Source: an uncultured Tepidisphaeraceae bacterium (GTDB lineage Bacteria; Planctomycetota; Phycisphaerae; Tepidisphaerales; Tepidisphaeraceae). From it: DNA of 62,355 nt. Each line of letters starts with the position of its first letter. Position 1 is the first letter of the stretch. Of the stretch, positions 18,232-26,918 are shown piece after piece. Made by a program: the position numbers and the translations under genes. Below the pieces are notes generated by a model, which did no database searches, had not been told where the DNA came from, and saw only the letters and a list, made by a program, of their open reading frames with translations. The DNA is taken from positions 1-62,355 of the forward strand of contig CAZMXI010000004.1 of assembly GCA_964570205.1 (NCBI GenBank). Direction: 5' to 3'.

Positions 18232-19194
18232 ATGACCGGTCACATACTCTATACATCCCCGTTTATTCCCCCGGAGTGGATCGCGGCCCATGGCCTGCGG
18301 CCTGGCCGGGCGATTCCCGCAGGTGCAGCGCCCTCAGCTCCGGCTGGCGTGTGCACCTTCGCCGCAGCATTCTCGCTGGCCGTTTCCAACGTTGCGGACG
18401 CCGTCGTCATGACCACCACCTGCGACCAGATGCGGCGAATGGCCGAGACCGTCGCGGGGTCGATGGGCCAGGGTCGCACGTTTCTTTTCAACATGCCGGC
18501 CACCTGGCAAACGCCGGGCGTCTTGCAGCTCTACCGCGACGAGTTGGAGCGGCTTTCTCGCTTCCTGGTGAACCTCGGCGGGCTGCGACCCGCCGCCAGG
18601 CGACTGGCCGAGACCATGCGGCGGTATGATGAGCTCCGGCAATCCGTGCGAGGATTTCGTGCATTCATGAGCGGTCGGGAATTTGCGCGGGCAATCGCCG
18701 GCGCCGGCGCCGGCACGCAGATGGATTCCTCCAGCAACACGCGCGCCCGGGCAGGCAAGCCGATCGCGCTCCTGGGCGGGCCGCTGCGGCAGTCCGACTG
18801 GTGGATATACGACGAGATCGAGCGGCACGGCGGGCACATCGCCCTGGATGCAACCGAGGCCGGTGAGCGTACGCTGCCTGCGCCATTCAATCCTGCAACG
18901 CTGCCGGCGGAGCCGCTGAATGAGCTGGTGCGGACTTACTTTCAGACCATCCCCGATGCGTTCCGCCGTCCAGACACCATGCTCTATGATTATCTGGAAC
19001 GCATGCTGAAGGAGCGACGTATCGGCGGCATCATCCTGGTGCGCTCGCTCTGGTGCGACCTGTGGCATGCCCAGCTTCAGCCGCTGCGTGAGGCGACAGG
19101 GCTGCCGGTCATCGAAATCGACATGGGCGGCGAGGATCACGACCTTCAACGCACGCGCAACCGCATTGAGGCCCTGCTGGATGTTGTTTCATGA
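18232..19194 (+). CDS. 2-hydroxyacyl-CoA dehydratase / benzoyl-CoA reductase family subunit (HgdB/BcrC/BadD-like)
   Basis: 320 aa. The N-terminus ILYTSPFIPPEWIAAHGLRP is typical of the HGD-D family. Conserved Cys at TTCDQM. Confidence 0.8.
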   Translation: MTGHILYTSPFIPPEWIAAHGLRPGRAIPAGAAPSAPAGVCTFAAAFSLAVSNVADAVVMTTTCDQMRRMAETVAGSMGQGRTFLFNMPATWQTPGVLQLYRDELERLSRFLVNLGGLRPAARRLAETMRRYDELRQSVRGFRAFMSGREFARAIAGAGAGTQMDSSSNTRARAGKPIALLGGPLRQSDWWIYDEIERHGGHIALDATEAGERTLPAPFNPATLPAEPLNELVRTYFQTIPDAFRRPDTMLYDYLERMLKERRIGGIILVRSLWCDLWHAQLQPLREATGLPVIEIDMGGEDHDLQRTRNRIEALLDVVS

Positions 19195-20597
19195 ACCACT
19201 GCCCAAAGCAGATCTCGCTCCAGGAGTGGGACCAGCGATATCAGGAGCTGGTGGCGGCCGGGCTGCGCCAGCCCGCCTACGGCGGGCCCCTTCGACGACA
19301 CGTGGAGCATGGCGATTACCGGCTGCTCCACCTGCGCTTCGACGACTCCCCCGCCGCCCTGCGCCTGTGGAACTTCCTGTTGAGCGAGACGGACCGGCTC
19401 TTCTCCGCCCGCCGGCAGGGAAAACCGATCATCGGCGTCATGAAGGACCTGGGCACCGTGCCGGTGATGGTGTACTCCCTTCCGGACGCCGTGGCTTTCT
19501 ATCCGGACGGGACTTGGTGGGTCCCGTGCGTCATGGAACAGAGCACCTGCGACCTGACCCTCGCCCAGCGCCTGGGGATCGACGAAACATTCTGCCCCGT
19601 ACGTGCCATGCTGGGGGCGTTTCAGAGCGGCCTGCACTTCCCCCGGCCGGACCTGCTGATCAGCAGCGTCGGCGCCACCTGCGACGACTTCAGCGCCATC
19701 GCCCAGCGCCTTGAATCGCTGGGCTGGCCGATCCTCTGGTGGGAAATCCCCCACCGCCGGAAGCCAGAAGCGGATGAGGCTCCGGTCCGCCTGCCGGGCC
19801 TGTTCCTTGCGCCGGTCGAGCAGGTGGCGTTCGTGCGTGGAGAGTTGGATCGCATCCGTACAGCGATCAGTGGCGCGACCGCCCGCGCGATCACGGATGA
19901 GATGCTTGTTGACGGCATCCGCATGGCCAACCGCGTGCGGCGAATCCTGGCCGAATTGCGGCGACGGGTCTTCACCGCCCCGCGCTGTCCGCTGCCGGCG
20001 CTGGAGATGCTGATCGCCGAGATGCTGGCAATCCACTACTGCTCCGACCGGGGAGAGACCCTGCAAGTCCTCGGTGCCCTGCTGGATGAGGTCACGGAGA
20101 GGATTGTGACCCGGCAGGGACTGCTGGAGGAGTCAGCGCCGAAGGTGTTCTGGGTCAATCCGGTCGCGGATCTTCGGGCGATGAACCTGCTGGAGGAATG
20201 CGGCGGCAGGCTCTGCGGAACGGAGTTCCTGTTCTGCCACGCGCTGGATGAGATCCCTGAGGACCTGCAGCCGATGGAGGCCCTGGCGCGGATGGCGCTT
20301 GCCGATCCCATGGCGGGCCCGGCGGCCGATCGGGTGGAGAGGATTGCCCACGACGCCCGCTTCTTCGGCGCTGAGGCCATCCTGGTGTCGCGCATTCCGG
20401 GCGCGAGCCACTGCGGCCTGGAAGGGCAGGCCATTCGGAAGCGGATGGAGCGGGAGGGCGGCTTGCCCGTGATCGAGATCGAGGTCCCGCCGCTGAGCGA
20501 TGCGATCGGTCCGACGCTGCGCACCCGAATGGAAGCGCTGGTGGAAACAGTGCGGCAACGCCGGAAATTGCGATCGAATAAGGATTTATCGCAATAA
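19191..20597 (+). CDS. 2-hydroxyacyl-CoA dehydratase / benzoyl-CoA reductase family subunit (HgdA/BcrB-like)
   Basis: 468 aa. ATGA overlap with the preceding gene. Cys-rich segments: CVMEQSTCD, FCPVRAM, GATCDDF. Confidence 0.8.
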   Translation: MNHCPKQISLQEWDQRYQELVAAGLRQPAYGGPLRRHVEHGDYRLLHLRFDDSPAALRLWNFLLSETDRLFSARRQGKPIIGVMKDLGTVPVMVYSLPDAVAFYPDGTWWVPCVMEQSTCDLTLAQRLGIDETFCPVRAMLGAFQSGLHFPRPDLLISSVGATCDDFSAIAQRLESLGWPILWWEIPHRRKPEADEAPVRLPGLFLAPVEQVAFVRGELDRIRTAISGATARAITDEMLVDGIRMANRVRRILAELRRRVFTAPRCPLPALEMLIAEMLAIHYCSDRGETLQVLGALLDEVTERIVTRQGLLEESAPKVFWVNPVADLRAMNLLEECGGRLCGTEFLFCHALDEIPEDLQPMEALARMALADPMAGPAADRVERIAHDARFFGAEAILVSRIPGASHCGLEGQAIRKRMEREGGLPVIEIEVPPLSDAIGPTLRTRMEALVETVRQRRKLRSNKDLSQ

Positions 20598-20764
20598 TCC
20601 TCCCGCCGTACAGGCGCAGGACATCCCTGCCGCAGTCCTCAGCGCCAAAGGATGGTCTGGCCAAGCAAAATAGGTCAATTTCGGTTCCAATTCCCTTGAG
20701 TGGATGCATGAGCTACGGTAGAAGGAGGGGGGACTTCTGGTTCTTCCAGGCTTGGAGCGAGGCA

Positions 20765-21742
20765 ATGGGCGTATTGTGCGATCGATTTGGAAGGAGATTC
20801 GAGTATTTGCGGCTGTCGTTGACGGCCGACTGTTCGCTGCGCTGTATCTACTGCCGCCCGGACGAGATGGGCAACGGGGCTGACGCGGATCTGCTGACAG
20901 CTGGCGAGATCGAATCGCTCGTGCGGCATCTGGCCGAGAACCACGGCCTGAGTAAAGTGCGATTGACCGGAGGCGAGCCGGCCGAGCGAGATGATCTGGT
21001 CGAGATCGTATCCCGATTGGCGAAGATTCCTGGCCTGAACGAAGTGGTCATGACGACCAATGGACTTAGGCTGGCTACCCAGGCGGAGGCGTTGGCGAAG
21101 GTGGGGCTGAAGCGAGTGAATGTGAGTCTGGACTCGCTGGATCGCGAGAAATATCAGCGCATCACGGGAATGGACGGGCTGCCGCAAGTCATTCGGGGGA
21201 TCGATGCGGCGATTGCGGCGGGACTGATGCCGGTCAAGCTGAATACGGTGGTGGTTCGCGGCGAGAACGACTGGGAGTTGCCCGACCTTCTGCTGTTCGC
21301 GGCATGGAAGCACCTGGAAATCCGTTTTATTGAGCTGATGCCGTTGGGGCCGCTGGCCGCTCGCTGGCAGGAGCGTTTCGTGTCCGAGGAGGAGATGCGA
21401 CAGCGCCTCGCGGATATGGGAATCAACTGGGCGACCCGGCCGGACACCAGCGATCCAGCGAAACGTTACACGGCCGGCATGTCCTTCGGCCGGAGCGCCC
21501 GCGTCGGCTTCATCACCGCGATGAGCTGCCCTTTCTGCAAAAGGTGCAATCGGGTGCGCATCGCCGGCAACGGCACGGTGTATCCGTGCCTGATGGACAA
21601 GCCCTCGGGCAGCCTGCTTGGCGCGATCCGCCCGAAGTTCAACGCCGCCGCGATCGATCACGTCCTTCAGCAGGCCTTGGAGAACAAAGCTGAAGAGCAC
21701 CCCGCCACCGGTCCGGCGATGATGCCTCAGATCGGAAGGTAA
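20765..21742 (+). CDS. moaA: GTP 3',8-cyclase MoaA (radical SAM)
   Basis: Start moved to MGVLCDRFGRRFEYLRLSLTADCSLRCIYC (CxxxCxxC), with GGAG 7 nt upstream. C-terminal Cys cluster CPFCKRCNRVR. Confidence 0.9.
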   Translation: MGVLCDRFGRRFEYLRLSLTADCSLRCIYCRPDEMGNGADADLLTAGEIESLVRHLAENHGLSKVRLTGGEPAERDDLVEIVSRLAKIPGLNEVVMTTNGLRLATQAEALAKVGLKRVNVSLDSLDREKYQRITGMDGLPQVIRGIDAAIAAGLMPVKLNTVVVRGENDWELPDLLLFAAWKHLEIRFIELMPLGPLAARWQERFVSEEEMRQRLADMGINWATRPDTSDPAKRYTAGMSFGRSARVGFITAMSCPFCKRCNRVRIAGNGTVYPCLMDKPSGSLLGAIRPKFNAAAIDHVLQQALENKAEEHPATGPAMMPQIGR

Positions 21743-21788
21743 GGTCGCGGGATAATGGAGCTTGTCTCGCGGCGCGGCAGGGTCCAAA

Positions 21789-24026
21789 ATGGCCGGCATG
21801 GAACTGCCAGCTTTTCACGGGGATGTTTCGTTCAACGCGCATCACTCGCCAATGGGAGCGTACTTCAGCTTCACCTGCGGGCATTTCGGAACGCGCGGCG
21901 GGCTGGGTGCGGAACTGGGGCAGCCGGCGGATCAGGACCTGTATATCGGCGTGCGAGATGGAGACCGGTACACGGCTTCGCCCCTGCGGTGCCTGCCGTT
22001 CTTCGAGGGAGCCCAAGCGGGCAATTCGGAGAATGTGTTCCTCGTGGAACAGGCGAAATCGGCGAACGATCGTGCCATTCGTGTCTTTGCCCAAGGTGAA
22101 ATCAGACGGCACTACGGGTGGGGGACGGACCGGTGGACTACGCCGGATATGGGGTTCGCCATCTATACACCCTTTGGGACCATTCATGACCCGGCGGGCG
22201 CGTCCGCAAGGCAGATGCGGGATTGTCTGTTGCCGGCCATCGCCGCGAGACTGGTCGTGGACAACCGACACGGAACGGAGACGAAGACAGGGTGTTTCGC
22301 GGTGCGATTCGGCAGTCCCGGGGTACGGATTCTGGATGAGGGCTTGGCCGCCGGGCGCGTGGGGTTCGGGCATGGGCGCGCCTTGGGCGTGGCGGCGAGG
22401 CTGGTGGACCTGTCGACCGGAGCAGCGCCAGCCGACGTCAAACCGTTCGTATTTCTGCGTTGGCACCCGGATGCGGGAATCGGCGAGCCGGACAATCCGG
22501 TGCATCTGCTGGGCAACTGCCCGGGAATAGGCTTTGAGGTGCCCGCGGGCAAGCAATATGCGATGGCGCTGGCGATCGGGTGTTACATCGACGGCACAGT
22601 GACGACACGGCTGGAGGGGCGATATCTGTACACGCGTTACTTTGGCAGCCTGGAGGCTGTTCTGGATGAAGCCCTGGACCGGAGCGAGGAACTGGCGAAG
22701 GCGGCCGAGGCGAGGGATATGGAACTGTTGGAATCCCGATTGTCGGCCGACCAGCAGTTTCTACTGGCACATGCAACGCGGTCGTATTATGGCAACACGC
22801 AGTTGCTGGACATCGCGCACCAGCCGTACTGGGTCGTCAACGAGGGGGAATATCGCATGCTCAACAAGCTGGATGCTGCGGCGGACCAGGTGTTCTGGGA
22901 ACTGCGGCACAATCCGTGGGTGGTGCGTAATGTGCTGGATGGATTCATTCGCCACTACGGCTACCACGACCAGATCAAGGACCCGAAGACCGGGCAATTT
23001 GCCAACGGCGGGATATCGTTCTGCCATGACCAGGGCGCAAGCGGCCATTTTGCGCCCTTCGGGCACAGCAGCTATGAGCTGGCAAACCTGAGCGGCTGCT
23101 TCAGCCAGATGACGCAGGAGCAGTTGTGCAATTGGATTCTGATGGCCGCGTGCTATGTCGCCAGGACGGGCGATAACGCATGGGCGGCCAGCAACGCGCA
23201 CATCATCCGCGCGTGCGGGCAGAGCATGAGCCATCGCGACCACCCCGATCGCGACAAACGCACGGGTGTCATGAAGTTTGATTCTGTACGGTGTGGGCGA
23301 GGGCAGGAGACCACGACCTACGACACAGCGGACGCATCGCTGGCACAGGCGAGAGGAAGCCTGTACCTGGCAACCAAGTGCTTCGCGGCGTACCTGGGAC
23401 TGAGCCTGCTGAACCAGAAGCTCTACGAGGCGACAGGCGACATTGACTATGAGACGACGGCCGAGTTCGCCTTCCTGGATGCGGCCGGGCTGGCCGAGAC
23501 GGTGTGCGGACAAATGACGGAGGAGGGGTTCCTGCCGGCGCTTCTTGAGAAGGACAGTGCCGCACGTGGGTCGCGCATCCTCCCGGCCATCGAAGGCCTG
23601 GTCTACCCGCTCTATTGGGACATCTATCTGAGACAGGCGGAGGCCAGCCGAGGCCTGCCAGACGGCGCCCGCATCTACAACCCGCGTTTTGGCGAGCTGG
23701 TGGAGGCCTTCAAGCACCACACACAGACCCTGCTGGAGGATCGAGAAGGCCGCAACCGCTTCGGCGATGGCGGATTGCGGCTATCGAGTTCGAGCGACCA
23801 CTCTTGGATGAGCAAGATCGCCCTGTTTCAGCACGTGATACGGATGCTGTTTGGGCTGGAGCGAGGCGATGACAACCAGAAGGCAGCCGACGCAGCGCAC
23901 GTAAGATGGCAGACGCAGAACAGCAGCGCCTATTGGGCTATGTCCGATCAAATGGTCAACGGGGTGGCCAAGGGTAGCCGGTACTGCGCGCGATGCGTGA
24001 CGGCGGCGCTGTGGCTGGACGAGTGA
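21789..24026 (+). CDS. glycoside hydrolase family 52 (beta-xylosidase-like)
   Basis: FNAHHSPMGAYFSFTCG, RSYYGNTQLLD, YWVVNEGEYRMLNKLD, HSSYEL, ITTYD and LGQARGSLYLA match my memory of Geobacillus XynB2 along the whole length. The start could also be 21798. Confidence 0.9.
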   Translation: MAGMELPAFHGDVSFNAHHSPMGAYFSFTCGHFGTRGGLGAELGQPADQDLYIGVRDGDRYTASPLRCLPFFEGAQAGNSENVFLVEQAKSANDRAIRVFAQGEIRRHYGWGTDRWTTPDMGFAIYTPFGTIHDPAGASARQMRDCLLPAIAARLVVDNRHGTETKTGCFAVRFGSPGVRILDEGLAAGRVGFGHGRALGVAARLVDLSTGAAPADVKPFVFLRWHPDAGIGEPDNPVHLLGNCPGIGFEVPAGKQYAMALAIGCYIDGTVTTRLEGRYLYTRYFGSLEAVLDEALDRSEELAKAAEARDMELLESRLSADQQFLLAHATRSYYGNTQLLDIAHQPYWVVNEGEYRMLNKLDAAADQVFWELRHNPWVVRNVLDGFIRHYGYHDQIKDPKTGQFANGGISFCHDQGASGHFAPFGHSSYELANLSGCFSQMTQEQLCNWILMAACYVARTGDNAWAASNAHIIRACGQSMSHRDHPDRDKRTGVMKFDSVRCGRGQETTTYDTADASLAQARGSLYLATKCFAAYLGLSLLNQKLYEATGDIDYETTAEFAFLDAAGLAETVCGQMTEEGFLPALLEKDSAARGSRILPAIEGLVYPLYWDIYLRQAEASRGLPDGARIYNPRFGELVEAFKHHTQTLLEDREGRNRFGDGGLRLSSSSDHSWMSKIALFQHVIRMLFGLERGDDNQKAADAAHVRWQTQNSSAYWAMSDQMVNGVAKGSRYCARCVTAALWLDE

Positions 24027-24061
24027 GGGGCGGTGGACTCGGCCAGCGTCGGTTTATCCCG

Positions 24062-24454
24062 CTACTGCGAATACCGGATATCCATGCGGAAATCGACGGC
24101 GTCGGCCGCAGGGGCGTTGAACTGGATGCGGTCGAACACGCGGCTTTGGAGGGTCTTGCTTTCCCATGGACCCTGATAGACGCTCTGGCCCTGATCATTG
24201 AAGAAGGTCACCCGGTAATCGATGAAGAGGTTGTAGTTGGAAGCAGCGCGAATCGGCACTTCGACAAAAAGCAGGCCGTTCTGGCGCGTCATGACGGGCT
24301 TGTCGATGGTGAGCCGGCCGCGCAGGTCTTTGCTGGCGAGGCTGAACTGCTTCTCAGCATAGGGTTCCATGCGCGCTTCGACCGGATGGCGTGGACCGCA
24401 GCCGGCCATCAGGGCAAACGTGCTGACGACGGTAATGAGTACGATCTTGTTCAT
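24062..24454 (-). CDS. YcfL-like (DUF1425) lipoprotein
   Basis: Start moved to MNKIVLITVVSTFALMAGC (lipobox). About 130 aa, beta-rich, with a YcfL-like size and pattern. Confidence 0.7.
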   Translation of the reverse strand: MNKIVLITVVSTFALMAGCGPRHPVEARMEPYAEKQFSLASKDLRGRLTIDKPVMTRQNGLLFVEVPIRAASNYNLFIDYRVTFFNDQGQSVYQGPWESKTLQSRVFDRIQFNAPAADAVDFRMDIRYSQ

Positions 24455-24513
24455 GGGTTTGTCAGTGGGCAATGGTAAATGGTCAGTCGTAAGCATACGT
24501 CTTCACTCACCGC

Positions 24514-25446
24514 TCAATAGGACGGAATCCGTGGCCCGATGCCGCCGCGCGGGGGCTGCGGGACGGCCGATGGCTGGGTCGCCGGAGGCAACGACTCCGG
24601 CGCTGGCGGTTGCTGCAGAACCGGGGCTGGTGCGGGAGCCTCGGCCGAGGCCGGTTGGACCTGGCCTCGCGGTGTGCTCCAGTTCTGGATCATGCCATCC
24701 ATCAGTTTGCGGGCCATGAACCGCGTGTGGCGGTTGATGGCGTATTTGTCGAAGGGCGGAGATACATCGAACCCGACGCGCGACAGTGATTCGCCGGTCT
24801 GAACGTCGATGGACTCGGCGACCATCCGCAGGTCAAGGCCGGCAGGCGTCTGCCGCGTGGGCCTGGCCTGAACCTGGATGAGGATACTCGCCCGCAGCGT
24901 CTTGGCCAGTTCGGTCAGCGCGCCGACGCGCCCTTCCTGCAGCGCCTTTTCCTGGTCGGGCGTGAGGGTGCGATGGACGAGCATCGGGCTGACGATGTTC
25001 ACCTTGCCATCCGCGCTCATCCAGTCCGCCAGTTGCATCTCGAACATGCCGTAGTCAATGCTGCGGGCGTTGAGCACATCATACTCTCCGGGCCGAAGAT
25101 ACCCCCCGCGATCATCGGCGGCGTCAAGGGTGGGGATGATCCGGCCTTCCAGCGAGCGGTTGACGAAGACCACGATGCGCGGGCGGTTGACATCGTTGTA
25201 GACCTCGACAAAGCGTTTGGCCTCGGGAGGCTGGTCTACCAGGATCGGCTCATCGTAATAAGGCTGCGGCCCGGGCGGGATCATGACCGGGTCGGGCGCG
25301 GGCATCGGTTTGGGAACCTCGGCGAGCCGGGTATCGCGATTGGGCGCAGGGGGGGCGGTATAGGGGGTATTTGCGCCGGGGACATGGCAGCCCGCCAGGA
25401 ACAGCCCCGCCAGAACCGATGTCAACGATCTCTTGATGCCAAACAC
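24514..25446 (-). CDS. proline-rich lipoprotein (hypothetical)
   Basis: Preferred start is a GTG with AAGGAGG 5 nt upstream, giving M-FGIKRSLTSVLAGLFLAGC (lipobox). The ORF maximum extends to 25482. Pro-rich linker and tail. Confidence 0.7.
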   Translation of the reverse strand: MFGIKRSLTSVLAGLFLAGCHVPGANTPYTAPPAPNRDTRLAEVPKPMPAPDPVMIPPGPQPYYDEPILVDQPPEAKRFVEVYNDVNRPRIVVFVNRSLEGRIIPTLDAADDRGGYLRPGEYDVLNARSIDYGMFEMQLADWMSADGKVNIVSPMLVHRTLTPDQEKALQEGRVGALTELAKTLRASILIQVQARPTRQTPAGLDLRMVAESIDVQTGESLSRVGFDVSPPFDKYAINRHTRFMARKLMDGMIQNWSTPRGQVQPASAEAPAPAPVLQQPPAPESLPPATQPSAVPQPPRGGIGPRIPSY

Positions 25447-25692
25447 AGGGACCTCCTTGTTTCGATCCCGAGTCGTTTTCATGACAGTGTAGCGTCCCGG
25501 CGATCACACGGGACATCCCTTAGACACACGACTGGAGGGAAGGATTGTTAACCTTGGCCCGTGGTGCGGTGTCTAACATCGCAGGACATCGCCCGCACGT
25601 CAAGTAGTCGTTCGGACGATGTAAGGATGCCCTGTTGAGAAACACAAGTGAATGCGGTAGGCTGAAAGCGACTAGCCTCAAGGAGATTTCCC

Positions 25693-26283
25693 ATGCGGAA
25701 TGGTTCCAAGTTATTTCTGGCCATAGTTTTAACTGCATCACTGGCCGGATGTTCAGGCGATCGCCGGGATGACTATGCCCGGCAGCGTCCCCCGGTGGAC
25801 AGTCTGAACCCAGATGATCGGGGACTCCAAAGCAAGGATCTGGTTGACGCCAGCGCCCAGCTCTCGCGAGATATTCTGGCACATCCTGAACTGCGCAATA
25901 GCCAGACGCAGTGGACGGTGGTGGTGGACCGCTTCCAGGACCAGACGACCGACCGCTATTTCGCACCGAATTACAACATTTTCCTGGAGAAACTGCGGAC
26001 AGAACTGAGCAAATACGGCTATGGCCGGGTATCGCTGATCGAAAACAAGGCGAATCTGGCCGGGCTGCGCGGGCGCGAGTGGGATGGGCCGACCGAGAAT
26101 TATGGCCAGGGCTCCGGCGCGGCTGGCGCGCCGCGCATCCAGCCGCAGTTCGCGCTGTATGGCAAGGCCTTCGACATGCCCAATCGGGCGACGAACCTGT
26201 ACATGCTTCAGTTCACGCTGGTGGACCTGCGCAGCGGCGCCCAGGTGTGGGTGCGCGATTACACGGTGAAGACCGCGCGGTAA
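25693..26283 (+). CDS. LpoB-like (penicillin-binding-protein activator family) lipoprotein 1
   Basis: 196 aa. Lipobox ASLAGC, SD AAGGAG. WTVVVDRFQDQT...FALYGK...LQFTLVDLRSGAQVW parallels E. coli LpoB VLLVDSVNNRT...YVLY...LQMQLMLVQTGEIIW. Confidence 0.75.
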   Translation: MRNGSKLFLAIVLTASLAGCSGDRRDDYARQRPPVDSLNPDDRGLQSKDLVDASAQLSRDILAHPELRNSQTQWTVVVDRFQDQTTDRYFAPNYNIFLEKLRTELSKYGYGRVSLIENKANLAGLRGREWDGPTENYGQGSGAAGAPRIQPQFALYGKAFDMPNRATNLYMLQFTLVDLRSGAQVWVRDYTVKTAR

Positions 26284-26318
26284 GGAAACCTCGCTCGTTC
26301 CGGATGTGGAGCGACGGC

Positions 26319-26891
26319 ATGCGTGTGGTGCTGATGACATTGGCGCTGGGGTGCATGGCGTTGACGGGTTGTGCGCCCTCAACCGCGGTCTCCAGCGGGC
26401 ATAACACCGCGCTGGACAGCGTGGACCTGTTCACCATGACCGACCAGATGGCCCGCGGGCTGGCGGGCGAGCAGCGGGTGGCCGATGCCATGGGCCGCAG
26501 CGGCGGCAAGCTGACTGTCGTGGTGCAGCCGGTGGAAAACCGCCTGACAGGCGAGATCCTGCCGGCCGGGCAGGCCGAGATGTTCACCGCCCGCGTGCGA
26601 TCGCTGCTCAGCAAGCATGCCCCGGACAAATTCGTCTGGGTCATGAACCGCGACAGCTATTACAATCTCCGGCAGCGCGAGCTGGATGTGGACCTCGGAC
26701 CGAATCCGGAGCGCATCCAGCCGGAGTATGCCCTGACAGCGCGGTTCAGCTCGTTGACCGAAGAGAGCCAGAAGCGCCGGACGGCCGCGTACCTGTGCGT
26801 GTATTTCCTGACGAACCTGAAGACCGGCGAGCAGGTGTGGACCGACCGGTACGAGGTGAAGAAGACGAGCGTGAAGGGGATGCTGGACTGA
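26319..26891 (+). CDS. LpoB-like lipoprotein 2
   Basis: Start moved to MRVVLMTLALGCMALTGC (lipobox), with GGAG 7 nt upstream. LTVVVQPVENRLTG...YALTARF...YFLTNLKTGEQVW repeats the LpoB-like pattern. Confidence 0.7.
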   Translation: MRVVLMTLALGCMALTGCAPSTAVSSGHNTALDSVDLFTMTDQMARGLAGEQRVADAMGRSGGKLTVVVQPVENRLTGEILPAGQAEMFTARVRSLLSKHAPDKFVWVMNRDSYYNLRQRELDVDLGPNPERIQPEYALTARFSSLTEESQKRRTAAYLCVYFLTNLKTGEQVWTDRYEVKKTSVKGMLD

Positions 26892-26918
26892 GGAGCGTCG
26901 AAAAGGTTGGGTAAGGTC

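Noticed and set aside
20598-20764. Possible Moco riboswitch upstream of moaA
   Set aside because: The 167-nt leader contains an AAAGGA and GC stems, but I could not find the conserved Moco-motif core. Only a covariance-model scan could decide this.
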